Origin: a virus
Lineage: Duplodnaviria; Caudoviricetes
Length of the DNA: 64,000 nt
IMG/VR virus record: IMGVR_UViG_3300021958_000023
Coordinates: 64,001-128,000 of that record
Strand: one strand, 5' to 3'
The notes under the pieces were generated by a model. That model did not search any database. It was given only the letters and a program-made list of their open reading frames with translations, and was not told the origin of the DNA. Shown here in pieces: positions 18,321 through 27,485 of this stretch. The translations under genes were made by a program, and so were the position numbers. How positions within the stretch are numbered: the first letter of the stretch is position 1; each line of letters begins with the position of its first letter.

Positions 18321-19274
18321 ATGGAAGCACTTACCTTATGGATGGTAGTTGGATTTTTATTCGCTGCCTATTCCGTTATAGCAAATGATTCAGTACAAAC
18401 TCTCGGTACATGGATCGCATCAAACAATGAGAGATTTAGTTATAAAACAATGTGGATTGCTGCCTCAGCAGTTTTAATATGGGCGTTATGGTACGGTTGG
18501 TATGCTTATGGGGGAGACATTTCTTATGGACGGTTAAATAAAATACCGTTTCAAGAAGTGCAATGGTATCATGCTTTAGCACCTGGAATTCTACTAGTAT
18601 TAACTCGTTTTGGAGTTCCAGTTTCAACATCGTTTTTAGTATTGAGTGCTTTTGCAAGTACATTTGTACTAGAAAAAATGTTAATGAAATCAATTATGGG
18701 ATATGGTATTGCTGCTATTGCTGCATACAGTATTTGGTATTTTGTCAGCCGTTGGTTAAATGAAGGAATACCAGTCAAAGAAAAGCATAAAACTTTTTGG
18801 CGAGTAGCCCAGTGGATAACTACAGGATTGCTTTGGTGGACTTGGTTAAGTCACGATATTGCTAATATTGCGGTATTTTTACCTCGTACATTAACATTTG
18901 ACCTAATGGTAATGGTTAGCGTTGTATTTGTTGCAGGTTTGTATTTTATGTTTCGTGAAAACGGTGGTAAAATACAAAAAATTGTATTAGAAAAACACAA
19001 CACTCGTTATGTTCGTAGTGCTACGTTAATTGATCTTTTTTACTGGTTAATTTTGTGGTTCTTTAAAGAACTAAATGATATTCCAATGTCAACAACTTGG
19101 GTGTTTGTTGGATTACTTGCAGGTCGTGAACTTGCTATTGCAACATTCACAGGCAAGAAAAAAACTCGCAGTGTTTTCCCACTAGTTGGAAAAGACTTTA
19201 TGAAAATGATGATAGGGTTAGCAGCTAGTGTTGCTATTGTATTATTAATTCATGGAGTAATAGCCCCTAACTAA
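18321..19274 (+). CDS. Multi-pass membrane transporter, PiT/PHO4 phosphate-permease-like
   Basis: Two signature repeats (ANDSVQTLGT, SHDIANIA) and PVSTS/PMSTT motifs of the PiT fold; about 9-10 TM segments. Confidence 0.65.
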   Translation: MEALTLWMVVGFLFAAYSVIANDSVQTLGTWIASNNERFSYKTMWIAASAVLIWALWYGWYAYGGDISYGRLNKIPFQEVQWYHALAPGILLVLTRFGVPVSTSFLVLSAFASTFVLEKMLMKSIMGYGIAAIAAYSIWYFVSRWLNEGIPVKEKHKTFWRVAQWITTGLLWWTWLSHDIANIAVFLPRTLTFDLMVMVSVVFVAGLYFMFRENGGKIQKIVLEKHNTRYVRSATLIDLFYWLILWFFKELNDIPMSTTWVFVGLLAGRELAIATFTGKKKTRSVFPLVGKDFMKMMIGLAASVAIVLLIHGVIAPN

Positions 19275-19287
19275 TGTAAAATTAACA

Positions 19288-19343
19288 TTGACAGAGACTC
19301 CTGATTAGCGTATTATATAAATACAACTAATCAGGAGTTTTTT
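19288..19343 (+). promoter_or_regulatory. Promoter TTGACA-17-TATTAT with overlapping anti-SD hairpin
   Basis: Hexamers 19288-19293 and 19311-19316; perfect 12-bp inverted repeat 19297-19308/19327-19338. Confidence 0.85.
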
Positions 19344-20414
19344 ATGTACTTTAACAAAACAGAAACTAACTGGCGAATATCTCAATGCTGCCAGTTTCAT
19401 GATAAACAAAAAGCAAAAAGGTATAATTTTGGAACAACAACAAAAACATACGCCCTCAAAGAAGGGGGTAAAGAAAGAGTTCAAGCAAAGGCTCTCGAAA
19501 ACTGTCGCAAGTTGGAAGATATTTTGGAAACATACTTTCCAACTCAGCCAATTCATCTACGGAGTTTTCGTATCTCGTCTGAGTTGTTTCCTTGCTACAC
19601 TCTTGATTTCACCCGTGAATGGTATAAAGAAATTTGGGACGAAATTTCAGAAATACTTTCTAGAGCAGGAAGTAGTGCAAGTAAAAATGAAGTACGTCTT
19701 AGTGTCCATCCTGGGCAATATACTGTTCTGGCTTCTAATAAGCCAGATGTAGTTGAAAAATCAATTGAAGATTTAGAATATCATGCACTGTATGGATCTT
19801 TGATGGGATTACCTGCTGAAGATTTTACAATGAATATTCACTTACAAGGACTATATGGAGGAAAACACGAAGATGGTATTAAACGGTTTGCCACCCACTT
19901 CCCATATCTTTCCGACTACGCCCAAAAGTGTCTTGCAGTCGAGAACGAAGATAAACCCAATGGATATGATATCCAGCACACACTTGAACTTGCGCAACGG
20001 ATCCCTATCAGGTGTACCCTCGACACACACCACTATGCCTGCCATAGAATGGTTGAGACAGAGAGAGTTAAGATTGACGAAAAAACGGTCAATCGGAAAG
20101 TGCGAGACGTGGATCACATCACCCACACAAGTGACTACTTCTTGGAAGCTGTCAAAAGCTGGAGAGGAGTACGCCCGTTGTTCCACAAATCACAATCATT
20201 TCACCCCGACAATATCGATTACTGGATGAAGCCTAATGCTCATTCAGAAACATATTGGGACGAACATCTTATGGCTAATCATGTGCCTATGTTGGAGTAT
20301 GCTGACTTTGATATTGAAGCAAAATTCAAAGAAGTAGCTGTACAAAGATTCTATGATTTTATTAAAGCTGAAGAAGAGTTTGCGGGTGAAGCAATTATCA
20401 CTAAAACAGTTTAG
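19344..20414 (+). CDS. uvsE: UV-damage endonuclease UvsE/UvdE
   Basis: FRISSELFP, RLSVHPGQYTVLAS, NIH, LAVENED, LDTHHY, KPNAHS, DIEAKFKE. Confidence 0.93.
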   Translation: MYFNKTETNWRISQCCQFHDKQKAKRYNFGTTTKTYALKEGGKERVQAKALENCRKLEDILETYFPTQPIHLRSFRISSELFPCYTLDFTREWYKEIWDEISEILSRAGSSASKNEVRLSVHPGQYTVLASNKPDVVEKSIEDLEYHALYGSLMGLPAEDFTMNIHLQGLYGGKHEDGIKRFATHFPYLSDYAQKCLAVENEDKPNGYDIQHTLELAQRIPIRCTLDTHHYACHRMVETERVKIDEKTVNRKVRDVDHITHTSDYFLEAVKSWRGVRPLFHKSQSFHPDNIDYWMKPNAHSETYWDEHLMANHVPMLEYADFDIEAKFKEVAVQRFYDFIKAEEEFAGEAIITKTV

Positions 20415-20422
20415 GAGGCGCG

Positions 20423-21277
20423 ATGATACTAGTTTGGATAACGTTTCTAACAGCTATTGCTATATCAGGAGTAGCTGCTTGGTTTAGTGTTATCGGACTA
20501 ACACAAATATTTGCGGCAGCATTTTTGCCTGTTGCTATTATGGGAGGCGTGTTAGAACTAGGAAAAGTTGTAGCAGCTGTATGGACCCATCATCATTGGA
20601 GAGACCTATCTGTTATATCAAAAACAATTCTAGTTCCAATAGTAGGTCTTCTGATGGTAGTAACTAGTTTAGGTATTTTTGGACTACTATCAAAAGGACA
20701 TAGTGCCCAAGAAATGCCTATTATCATAGTAGAGCAAAAAGTCGCAGTACTTGATACACAGATTCAGTTTGCTAAAGATAAAGTAACTGGATTAAATGTT
20801 AGACTTAATACACTAAATGAAGCACTAACTAAATATATTGAACTTGGTGCAGTATCTAAAGGCTTAGACAAAACCCAAGAAGATATTTCAAATATACAAT
20901 CACAAATACAATCAGAACTAAATAATATAGCTGATCTAGAACAACAAAAACTTGAAGAAAAACTATCAATTAGTGAAATAGAAGCAGAGCTTGGCCCACT
21001 TAAATATGTGGCTAACTTATTAGGAGAAACAGATAATTTACAAAATGCAGTTACTATTGTTATTTTTATAATTATATTTTGTTTTGATCCTTTAGCACTA
21101 ATTCTACTAGTGTTATCAGTTGATAGAATATTTAATAGACAACAAATATTTGATGCTGAAAACCTAACTAAACTAAAAGCTATTGAGTTAGCTAAGAAAA
21201 AACTAGGCTTAACTAGAGCTCAATCAGAAAAAATGAGTAAAGAGGCGATTGTTCAGCTACTCAATAATGCAAAATAA
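20423..21277 (+). CDS. Membrane protein with a periplasmic coiled coil
   Basis: Three N-terminal TM helices, a coiled coil, C-terminal TM (FDPLA). Confidence 0.75.
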   Translation: MILVWITFLTAIAISGVAAWFSVIGLTQIFAAAFLPVAIMGGVLELGKVVAAVWTHHHWRDLSVISKTILVPIVGLLMVVTSLGIFGLLSKGHSAQEMPIIIVEQKVAVLDTQIQFAKDKVTGLNVRLNTLNEALTKYIELGAVSKGLDKTQEDISNIQSQIQSELNNIADLEQQKLEEKLSISEIEAELGPLKYVANLLGETDNLQNAVTIVIFIIIFCFDPLALILLVLSVDRIFNRQQIFDAENLTKLKAIELAKKKLGLTRAQSEKMSKEAIVQLLNNAK

Positions 21278-21290
21278 ATGTACATTGTAT

Positions 21291-21341
21291 TTGACAACTA
21301 CCCTCCGTTTTGTTATAATATACAAAATGGAGGGTTTTTAA
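21291..21341 (+). promoter_or_regulatory. Perfect promoter TTGACA-17-TATAAT with overlapping anti-SD hairpin/terminator
   Basis: Hexamers 21291-21296 and 21314-21319; 14-bp inverted repeat 21300-21313/21322-21335, then a T-run. Confidence 0.9.
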
Positions 21342-22121
21342 ATGGCAAGAGCAAAAGTCAATACAAACGAAATTCCTGAATCAAAAATCAGACAAGTTAT
21401 TTGGATGATAAAAGCCAACAAGACTAAAAAGGCTTGTTGTGAGCATCTTGGTATTGCTTATAATACAAAAAGACTTGATGCTATTATTCAAGAATTTAGA
21501 GATAAAGAAGAAAGACAAAAAGAACTTAAAAAGAAAGCAAGAGCTAAGGTTCTTTCTGAATCTGAAATTAAAAGCATTGTAACTGACTATCTTGATGGAG
21601 ATAATCAGACTAATATTGCAAAACGAATGTATATCAGTCCTCAGCGAGTAAAAAAGATTCTGATAGAAAACAATGTTCCTATCAGAGCAAGAGGAAAAAA
21701 TAAAGCTGCACAAGTAGATCACGTTGTACAAGACTTAGATGTAATTTTTAAAGCTGGAGATAGAGTATTTATTCCTTCTAAAAATACTTTTGCAAAAATT
21801 GCTGAAGTATATGACGAAGAGTGGATTGATTATCATAGATCTCCTATTCGTAGAAAATATATTGAATTACATGGTTTAAAATATGCTAGAAAAAAGTTTG
21901 GTGATTCGTATGAAGGACAAATAGGTGTCCATTATGAAATTTACTGGGAATATGATAATGGTAAATCTTGGAAAGAAGATGCTATTATTCGTGCGATTAA
22001 AAAAGCAGAAACCTATATTGAAGAAACTGGTAGAGAGTGGTATCTAAGCTATATGGAAGGCGATAGAGCAGGATACTTTTCTGGAACTAGAGATAAATTT
22101 TATCCGATAGCGAGTAGATAA
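21342..22121 (+). CDS. T5 D2-like protein
   Basis: TKKACCEHLGIAYNTKRL plus an HTH (QTNIAKRMYISPQRVKKIL); D2 assignment from recollection of T5-like proteins. Confidence 0.6.
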   Translation: MARAKVNTNEIPESKIRQVIWMIKANKTKKACCEHLGIAYNTKRLDAIIQEFRDKEERQKELKKKARAKVLSESEIKSIVTDYLDGDNQTNIAKRMYISPQRVKKILIENNVPIRARGKNKAAQVDHVVQDLDVIFKAGDRVFIPSKNTFAKIAEVYDEEWIDYHRSPIRRKYIELHGLKYARKKFGDSYEGQIGVHYEIYWEYDNGKSWKEDAIIRAIKKAETYIEETGREWYLSYMEGDRAGYFSGTRDKFYPIASR

Positions 22122-22124
22122 TAG

Positions 22125-23525
22125 ATGAATATTGATCTTCAAAAACTGACAATAAAACGATTATTGTCAGAACAGAATCACGATTTCTTTACAAAGCTTA
22201 GCCCCTACTTTTTCTCAGGGGCTAACTCTTCTATTTATAACAAAATAGAGTCTTACTATAAAGCAAATCTTAAAATACCTTCAGAAGAAGAATTTTACCT
22301 TATCAATAAAGATGTTAACTCTCAAGAATATTTTGAGACACAAATTGTTGCATCTGAAAAGTATAGAGATATTGATAATGATTTTATTATTGCACAACTT
22401 CAAGATCATTTTGTAAGAGAAGAAACAATCTCTTTCTTGGATGGTTATATTGATCAGCTAGAAGATTTAGAAAAAATTGAAATAGTAGATAAAATACAAA
22501 ATCATCTTTTAAAACTTAATAGTGCCTTGCCTACATCAGATGAGTTATTTGATGTAGCTGATCTTGATTTCTTTCCAAGCGCTGATGATTTTAAACTATA
22601 TCCGTCTGGGTTAAGTGCTGAGTATGATGCAATTAATGGCGGTTTCGGATCACAAGAACTTGTTCTTCTTGGAGGCAGACGTGGATCAGGTAAATCTATT
22701 ATATCACTAAACTGTTCTATCAATAGATTTTTACAAGGATCAACTGTTGCGTTTTTTAGTATCGAAATGCGTTACAAAGAAGTACATGATAGGCTTCTCA
22801 GCATTATTAGTGAAGTTCCGTTTCTTGATATCTATAAAAATAAACTAAGTGAAGAACAAAAGTTAAAACTAGCAAAAGCAAAGTTAGATTATTTCTTTGA
22901 TAATACGGATCAAAAAGCAGTTGATTACTATAATGACTTAGAAAAGACAAAAGATTTCAAAGCATTTGAACAAAAGATGAAGTTTGATAAGCCTGAGTAT
23001 AAAGAAAATCGTTTCTTTATTATTGATGACGCTGGACTAACTCTTAATCGTATTGATCATTATTGTAATATGTTTCAAGCTAAATATCCAAGATACACTA
23101 TGGCTTGTGTAGACTATATTAATATCATTCGACACGAAGATCAAAAAGATTGGAAAAGTCAAATTACTATTGCAGAAAACTTAAAACTAATGAGCCGTAA
23201 ATATGATTTAACAATGTTCTCACCTTATCAGATTGATGCTGGTGGTGAGGCTCGTTTTGCAAAGGGTATTCTAGATTCTGCTGATCGTAGTTTTAACTTC
23301 TTTCCGCCCGATGAAAATAATGATCCTAATCGAGTAGCTGTTCATACTACAAAAATTCGTAATGGTAGAACAATGAATTTTGATATCGGCATGAACTGGG
23401 AATGTACTAAAGTTGTAGCAAGTGATTCAAACTTAATCAATGAAAAACCTTTTGCATCTGCAAAGTATGGTAGTGAAGAAGATAAGCAACCAAAACGCAC
23501 AAGAGAAATTGAGCGTGATCTATGA
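22125..23525 (+). CDS. DnaB-like replicative helicase (T5 D6-like)
   Basis: Walker A GGRRGSGKS, FSIEM, VDYIN, ARFAKGILD, KIRN. Confidence 0.9.
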   Translation: MNIDLQKLTIKRLLSEQNHDFFTKLSPYFFSGANSSIYNKIESYYKANLKIPSEEEFYLINKDVNSQEYFETQIVASEKYRDIDNDFIIAQLQDHFVREETISFLDGYIDQLEDLEKIEIVDKIQNHLLKLNSALPTSDELFDVADLDFFPSADDFKLYPSGLSAEYDAINGGFGSQELVLLGGRRGSGKSIISLNCSINRFLQGSTVAFFSIEMRYKEVHDRLLSIISEVPFLDIYKNKLSEEQKLKLAKAKLDYFFDNTDQKAVDYYNDLEKTKDFKAFEQKMKFDKPEYKENRFFIIDDAGLTLNRIDHYCNMFQAKYPRYTMACVDYINIIRHEDQKDWKSQITIAENLKLMSRKYDLTMFSPYQIDAGGEARFAKGILDSADRSFNFFPPDENNDPNRVAVHTTKIRNGRTMNFDIGMNWECTKVVASDSNLINEKPFASAKYGSEEDKQPKRTREIERDL

Positions 23526-23701
23526 TAAAAAAGTGGCTACAAAAACGAAAAGATAAAAAAATACATGAAAGACGTATGGAACAAATGAAAAAGAATCCAT
23601 ATAAACGTGTTGATAGTGAAAACATGACTGAGGTTGAAAAAATGGATAAAGGTTTTAATGGTAAAACCTATACAATGAATGGAATAGACATTGACTTCTG
23701 A
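23522..23701 (+). CDS. 59-aa hypothetical protein (MIKKWLQKRKDKK...GIDIDF), absent from the ORF track
   Basis: ATGA overlap with the helicase stop; fills the gap. Confidence 0.6.
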   Translation: MIKKWLQKRKDKKIHERRMEQMKKNPYKRVDSENMTEVEKMDKGFNGKTYTMNGIDIDF

Positions 23702-23813
23702 TACCGTACTTTGGATTATATGGTGTATTATATTTTTAATTACAGTAGCAGCACTACCTTTTATTGTGCGTATGCAATATCTATCAGAATTTTTGGCAAG
23801 GTGTTTTGGATAA
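23691..23813 (+). CDS. 40-aa single-pass membrane peptide (MTSDTVLWIIWCIIFLITVAALPF...)
   Basis: TTG start, hydrophobic helix, TAATG overlap with the primase start. Confidence 0.45.
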   Translation: MTSDTVLWIIWCIIFLITVAALPFIVRMQYLSEFLARCFG

Positions 23814-24676
23814 TGGACTTAACTGATTTATTAACTGATAAAGGTATATATTATAAAAAATCAAACAACCCAAGTGAGATTCTTATCACTTGTACATCTG
23901 GTGAGCACGTAGATAAAGATCCAAGTCTTAGTTACAATCTTGAAAAAGATATGTTTCATTGTTGGAGTTGTGGATTTAAAGGCAGTAAACGCAAATTTCT
24001 TGAAAGTATTGGTGTTTCTAGTAATATTACTTTTGAAACAAAACAATCTTTTAAGATACAAAAGTTAAAAAATAAAATCACAAAACTAATGGAAGCCAAT
24101 GAATGTAATATGCCTACAGAATTTAGACTTTGGAATCAGAGTTACAAAGGTATTAATGAGAAAACGTTAAAAGAATTTGGTTGTTTTACTACAACAGAGA
24201 TGGGTTTTGAAGACTATCTTTGTATTCCTGTTTATCAATTTGGTAAATTAAAGTTTATTGAGGGAAGATATAGATTTAATTCAAAAAACAAACCAAAATA
24301 TAATCGTAAGCCTAATGGTGTAAATGTAACAAATATTGCATTTCCTTTAGATAAGCTTGAAGACAAATCTAAAGTTATAATAGTTGAAGGTATATTTGAT
24401 ATGTTAAACCTATGGCAACACGGAGTCAGAAACGTTTTATGTGTTTTCGGAACACAAAACTTTGGTGATCAAAAGATAAAACTATTTGATGATGTAGGTA
24501 TTAGAAATGTTCAAATCATGTTTGATGGTGATGCTGCCGGACAAAGTGCTGCAGGAAAAATAAGAAATTTATTAACTAAGAATAATATTTCGTCTAGTAT
24601 TATAAAGGTTCCACTAGGTAAAGATCCTGGATTATTAGTACCAGATGAAATAAAATCTCTATTGTCTAATGGATAA
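23813..24676 (+). CDS. DNA primase (Zn finger + TOPRIM)
   Basis: C..H.D..PS...FHCWSCG zinc finger, IVEGIFD, FDGDAAG, KDPG; start moved to MDLTDLL. Confidence 0.92.
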   Translation: MDLTDLLTDKGIYYKKSNNPSEILITCTSGEHVDKDPSLSYNLEKDMFHCWSCGFKGSKRKFLESIGVSSNITFETKQSFKIQKLKNKITKLMEANECNMPTEFRLWNQSYKGINEKTLKEFGCFTTTEMGFEDYLCIPVYQFGKLKFIEGRYRFNSKNKPKYNRKPNGVNVTNIAFPLDKLEDKSKVIIVEGIFDMLNLWQHGVRNVLCVFGTQNFGDQKIKLFDDVGIRNVQIMFDGDAAGQSAAGKIRNLLTKNNISSSIIKVPLGKDPGLLVPDEIKSLLSNG

Positions 24677-24690
24677 AATGTTGATATAAT
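24662..24690 (+). promoter_or_regulatory. Promoter TTGTCT-17-TATAAT with extended -10
   Basis: Upstream of the DNA polymerase. Confidence 0.7.
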
Positions 24691-24719
24691 TATGTATGAA
24701 TTAAGAATGAGGAAAAGTT

Positions 24720-26963
24720 ATGAGTAAAAAAATTGCATTTGTTTATCCAGCTAAGATAAACAACCCAGACAAAACACTTGCTAAATTTATGGATAAGCAT
24801 ATCAGTGATGAGGCTGACTATGTATTCCTATGTTCTCAAGAAAAAGAAAAAATCTTGAAAAAAGATATTGATTGCGATATTGATAATCTAAAAAACACTT
24901 ATGAGATTATTGTTCCAATTGGTGCAGAAGCTCTTAAATATGTTTGTGGTCTTACAGGTATTACAAAATATAACGGTATGTTTATTGAAAAGAAATTTCT
25001 TCCGTTAATTAATCCCTCTATGATTGTGTTCAAACCACAATACGAAGAAGACATTATTAAAGCATTTAATATGTTGGGCAAAATCTTAGTTGGCGAAGTT
25101 GATAATACTGCTCATGAAAAAGATTATCGCTTTATTGATAATCGTAATCAATTTGAAGAATACTTAGAAATACTAAAACAAGCAGATCCAATTGTAGTAG
25201 ATATTGAAACTTCTGGTCTTAATCCAAGAAGTTCAAACGTGCTTGGTATTGCTTTAAGCACTAAACCCCATGAAGGCGTATATGTATCTTCTGAGATCTG
25301 CCACGCTTACAAGTCTGAAATACACGAGTTATTCAAAACTAGAAAATGTATTTTTCATAACGGAAAATTTGATATGGGTTTTTTAGAGTATGAATTTGAT
25401 TTTGAGTTTCCTGATTTTGATGACACAATGCTTATGCATTACTGCCTTGAAGAAGCTGTAGGAACACACGGTCTTAAACCTCTTGCGCTTAGATTTACGG
25501 ATCTAGGTGATTATGAAAAAGAACTAGATGATTACAAAAAAGTATTTTGTCGAAAGAATAAGATTAAACTAGATGAGTTTAACTATGGTATGATTCCTAT
25601 TGATATTCTTGCTCCTTATGCAGAACGTGATGCTGATGCTACATTTCAATTATATAATAAATTCTGGCCTTTGATAGATCGTAGCGAGGGTTTTACAAAA
25701 CTATACAAAGAAATACTACTACCTGCAACATCAGCTCTTATGCGCCTTGAGAAAAATGGTGGTTATATCGATACTTCTATGTTACAATCTGTTAAAGAAA
25801 ACTATGAGATAGATATTGAAGAATGTATTAATGAAATTTCAATGCACGAAGCTGTACAACGTTATGAAAAACTACACGAAAAAACTTTTAACCCAAATAG
25901 CACTCTTCAATTGCGTGAAGTATTCTTTAAGATTCTTAGATTAAAGTCTACGAAGAAAACTTCGACTGGTGCAGAGTCTACAGATAAAGAGGTATTACAA
26001 GAACTAAACCATCCTCTTGCAGAAGCTATTCTTGATTTAAGAGAAAAATCAAAACTTACAAACACTTATTTATCTAATATTCAAAACGGAGTAGATGCGG
26101 ATAGTCGTTTACGTTCAGGATTTAATATTCATGGAACAACCTCTGGTCGTTTATCTTCTAGTGGTAATCTAAACTATCAAAATATTCCTCGTGATAATAA
26201 AGATATTAAAAAAATGTTTAGAGCGAGAGATGGATTTAAAATTATGCAGTGTGATCTTCAAACTGCTGAGGTTTATTATGCGGCAGCTCTGAGTAATGAT
26301 AGATTCTTACAACGAGCCTTTATTGAAAAGCTTGACTTTCATTCCTATATTGCTAAACAGATTTTTAACCTTCCTTGTGATGTGAATGAAGTAAAAAACA
26401 CTTTTGGAGATAAAAGACAACACGCTAAAGCTATTACTTTTGGTATTATGTATCAAGCTGGTCCTGCAAAAATTGCAGAAACAGCAGGTGTTGGTTTTCA
26501 GGAAGCTAAATCTTTTATCAACAAATACTTTAACGAAGCCTATAATCTAAAGCGTTGGATTGATTCAGCTAATAGACAGATTGAATTAAATGCTTATATC
26601 TATTCATACTTTGGTCGTAAGCGTAGACTTCCTGAGTCTCGTTCTCCAAATCAAGGAGTATCTAAACACGCTATTCGTTCTGGTGTTAACTTCTTAGTAC
26701 AATCTGTAGCATCTGATATTAATGTTTTAGGATTAATTGATGCTATGAAGTGGATTGATGATAAAGGATATCAAGAAGATATTCTTCCTTTTACAGTTGT
26801 GCACGACTCTATTGTTGCCGAAGTTAGAGAAGATCTGTGTGAAGAATGGGCAATCAATTGTACAAAAGCACTTCAATCTCCTAGAGGAGTAGAAATTGAG
26901 GGCTGTCCTATTGGTGTTGATTTTGAAATCGGTCCTAGCTGGGGAGAATTAGAGGGGTTTTAA
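24720..26963 (+). CDS. polA: Family A DNA polymerase with 3'-5' exonuclease and a degenerate N-terminal UDG-like domain
   Basis: DIETSG, HNGKFD, YAERDAD; TTSGRLSS, NYQNIP, motif B RQHAKAITFGIMY, VHDS. Confidence 0.96.
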   Translation: MSKKIAFVYPAKINNPDKTLAKFMDKHISDEADYVFLCSQEKEKILKKDIDCDIDNLKNTYEIIVPIGAEALKYVCGLTGITKYNGMFIEKKFLPLINPSMIVFKPQYEEDIIKAFNMLGKILVGEVDNTAHEKDYRFIDNRNQFEEYLEILKQADPIVVDIETSGLNPRSSNVLGIALSTKPHEGVYVSSEICHAYKSEIHELFKTRKCIFHNGKFDMGFLEYEFDFEFPDFDDTMLMHYCLEEAVGTHGLKPLALRFTDLGDYEKELDDYKKVFCRKNKIKLDEFNYGMIPIDILAPYAERDADATFQLYNKFWPLIDRSEGFTKLYKEILLPATSALMRLEKNGGYIDTSMLQSVKENYEIDIEECINEISMHEAVQRYEKLHEKTFNPNSTLQLREVFFKILRLKSTKKTSTGAESTDKEVLQELNHPLAEAILDLREKSKLTNTYLSNIQNGVDADSRLRSGFNIHGTTSGRLSSSGNLNYQNIPRDNKDIKKMFRARDGFKIMQCDLQTAEVYYAAALSNDRFLQRAFIEKLDFHSYIAKQIFNLPCDVNEVKNTFGDKRQHAKAITFGIMYQAGPAKIAETAGVGFQEAKSFINKYFNEAYNLKRWIDSANRQIELNAYIYSYFGRKRRLPESRSPNQGVSKHAIRSGVNFLVQSVASDINVLGLIDAMKWIDDKGYQEDILPFTVVHDSIVAEVREDLCEEWAINCTKALQSPRGVEIEGCPIGVDFEIGPSWGELEGF

Positions 26964-27485
26964 ATGATAAGTAAAATTATTGATACTATTAACTATCCTG
27001 CATTTGCACTAAAAGAAGCTCCTTATAAAGTAACTTTTAAAGAAGATAGTATTACTATTATAAAACAACCTGATGGTAAAGAATATATTTTTGATGTTAT
27101 GGTTGAAGATGCTAATTCTTATGTAGAAAGACTATTTTATATAGAAGAAGAAATGAGTAATAGAATACAGTTTGACTACACTATCCTAAATAAAGAACAA
27201 CTGGTTTTTAGTTATGAAAATCTAGGATGGTGTGTTGATGCTGTTGGAAAAATATTTAATCTAGGACACAAACAAAACTTACCAGTACAGTGTAGAAAAG
27301 TAAAGAATATTAAAGGAAATAAAATCTGGTTAGAAAAAATACTCGCTCCATTTAATCTTCCTGTAATAGTAGAAGAATCAAATGCAGATGAGCTATGGGC
27401 TACTATAGTAAGTATTAATAATGTTTGGTATATTAAAAAACTTTCATATGAATATATTAACTATGATAACTATTTAGTAACATGA
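26964..27485 (+). CDS. Hypothetical protein downstream of pol
   Basis: 173-aa ORF between pol and D10, a position occupied by a conserved ORF in T5-like phages. Confidence 0.7.
   Translation: MISKIIDTINYPAFALKEAPYKVTFKEDSITIIKQPDGKEYIFDVMVEDANSYVERLFYIEEEMSNRIQFDYTILNKEQLVFSYENLGWCVDAVGKIFNLGHKQNLPVQCRKVKNIKGNKIWLEKILAPFNLPVIVEESNADELWATIVSINNVWYIKKLSYEYINYDNYLVT

Noticed and set aside
19305-20229. Overlapping alternative-frame and antisense ORFs within uvsE, and similar ones in ligA, nrdA, gmd and tail genes
   Set aside because: They are shadow ORFs of well-supported genes, with no RBS or recognisable motifs.
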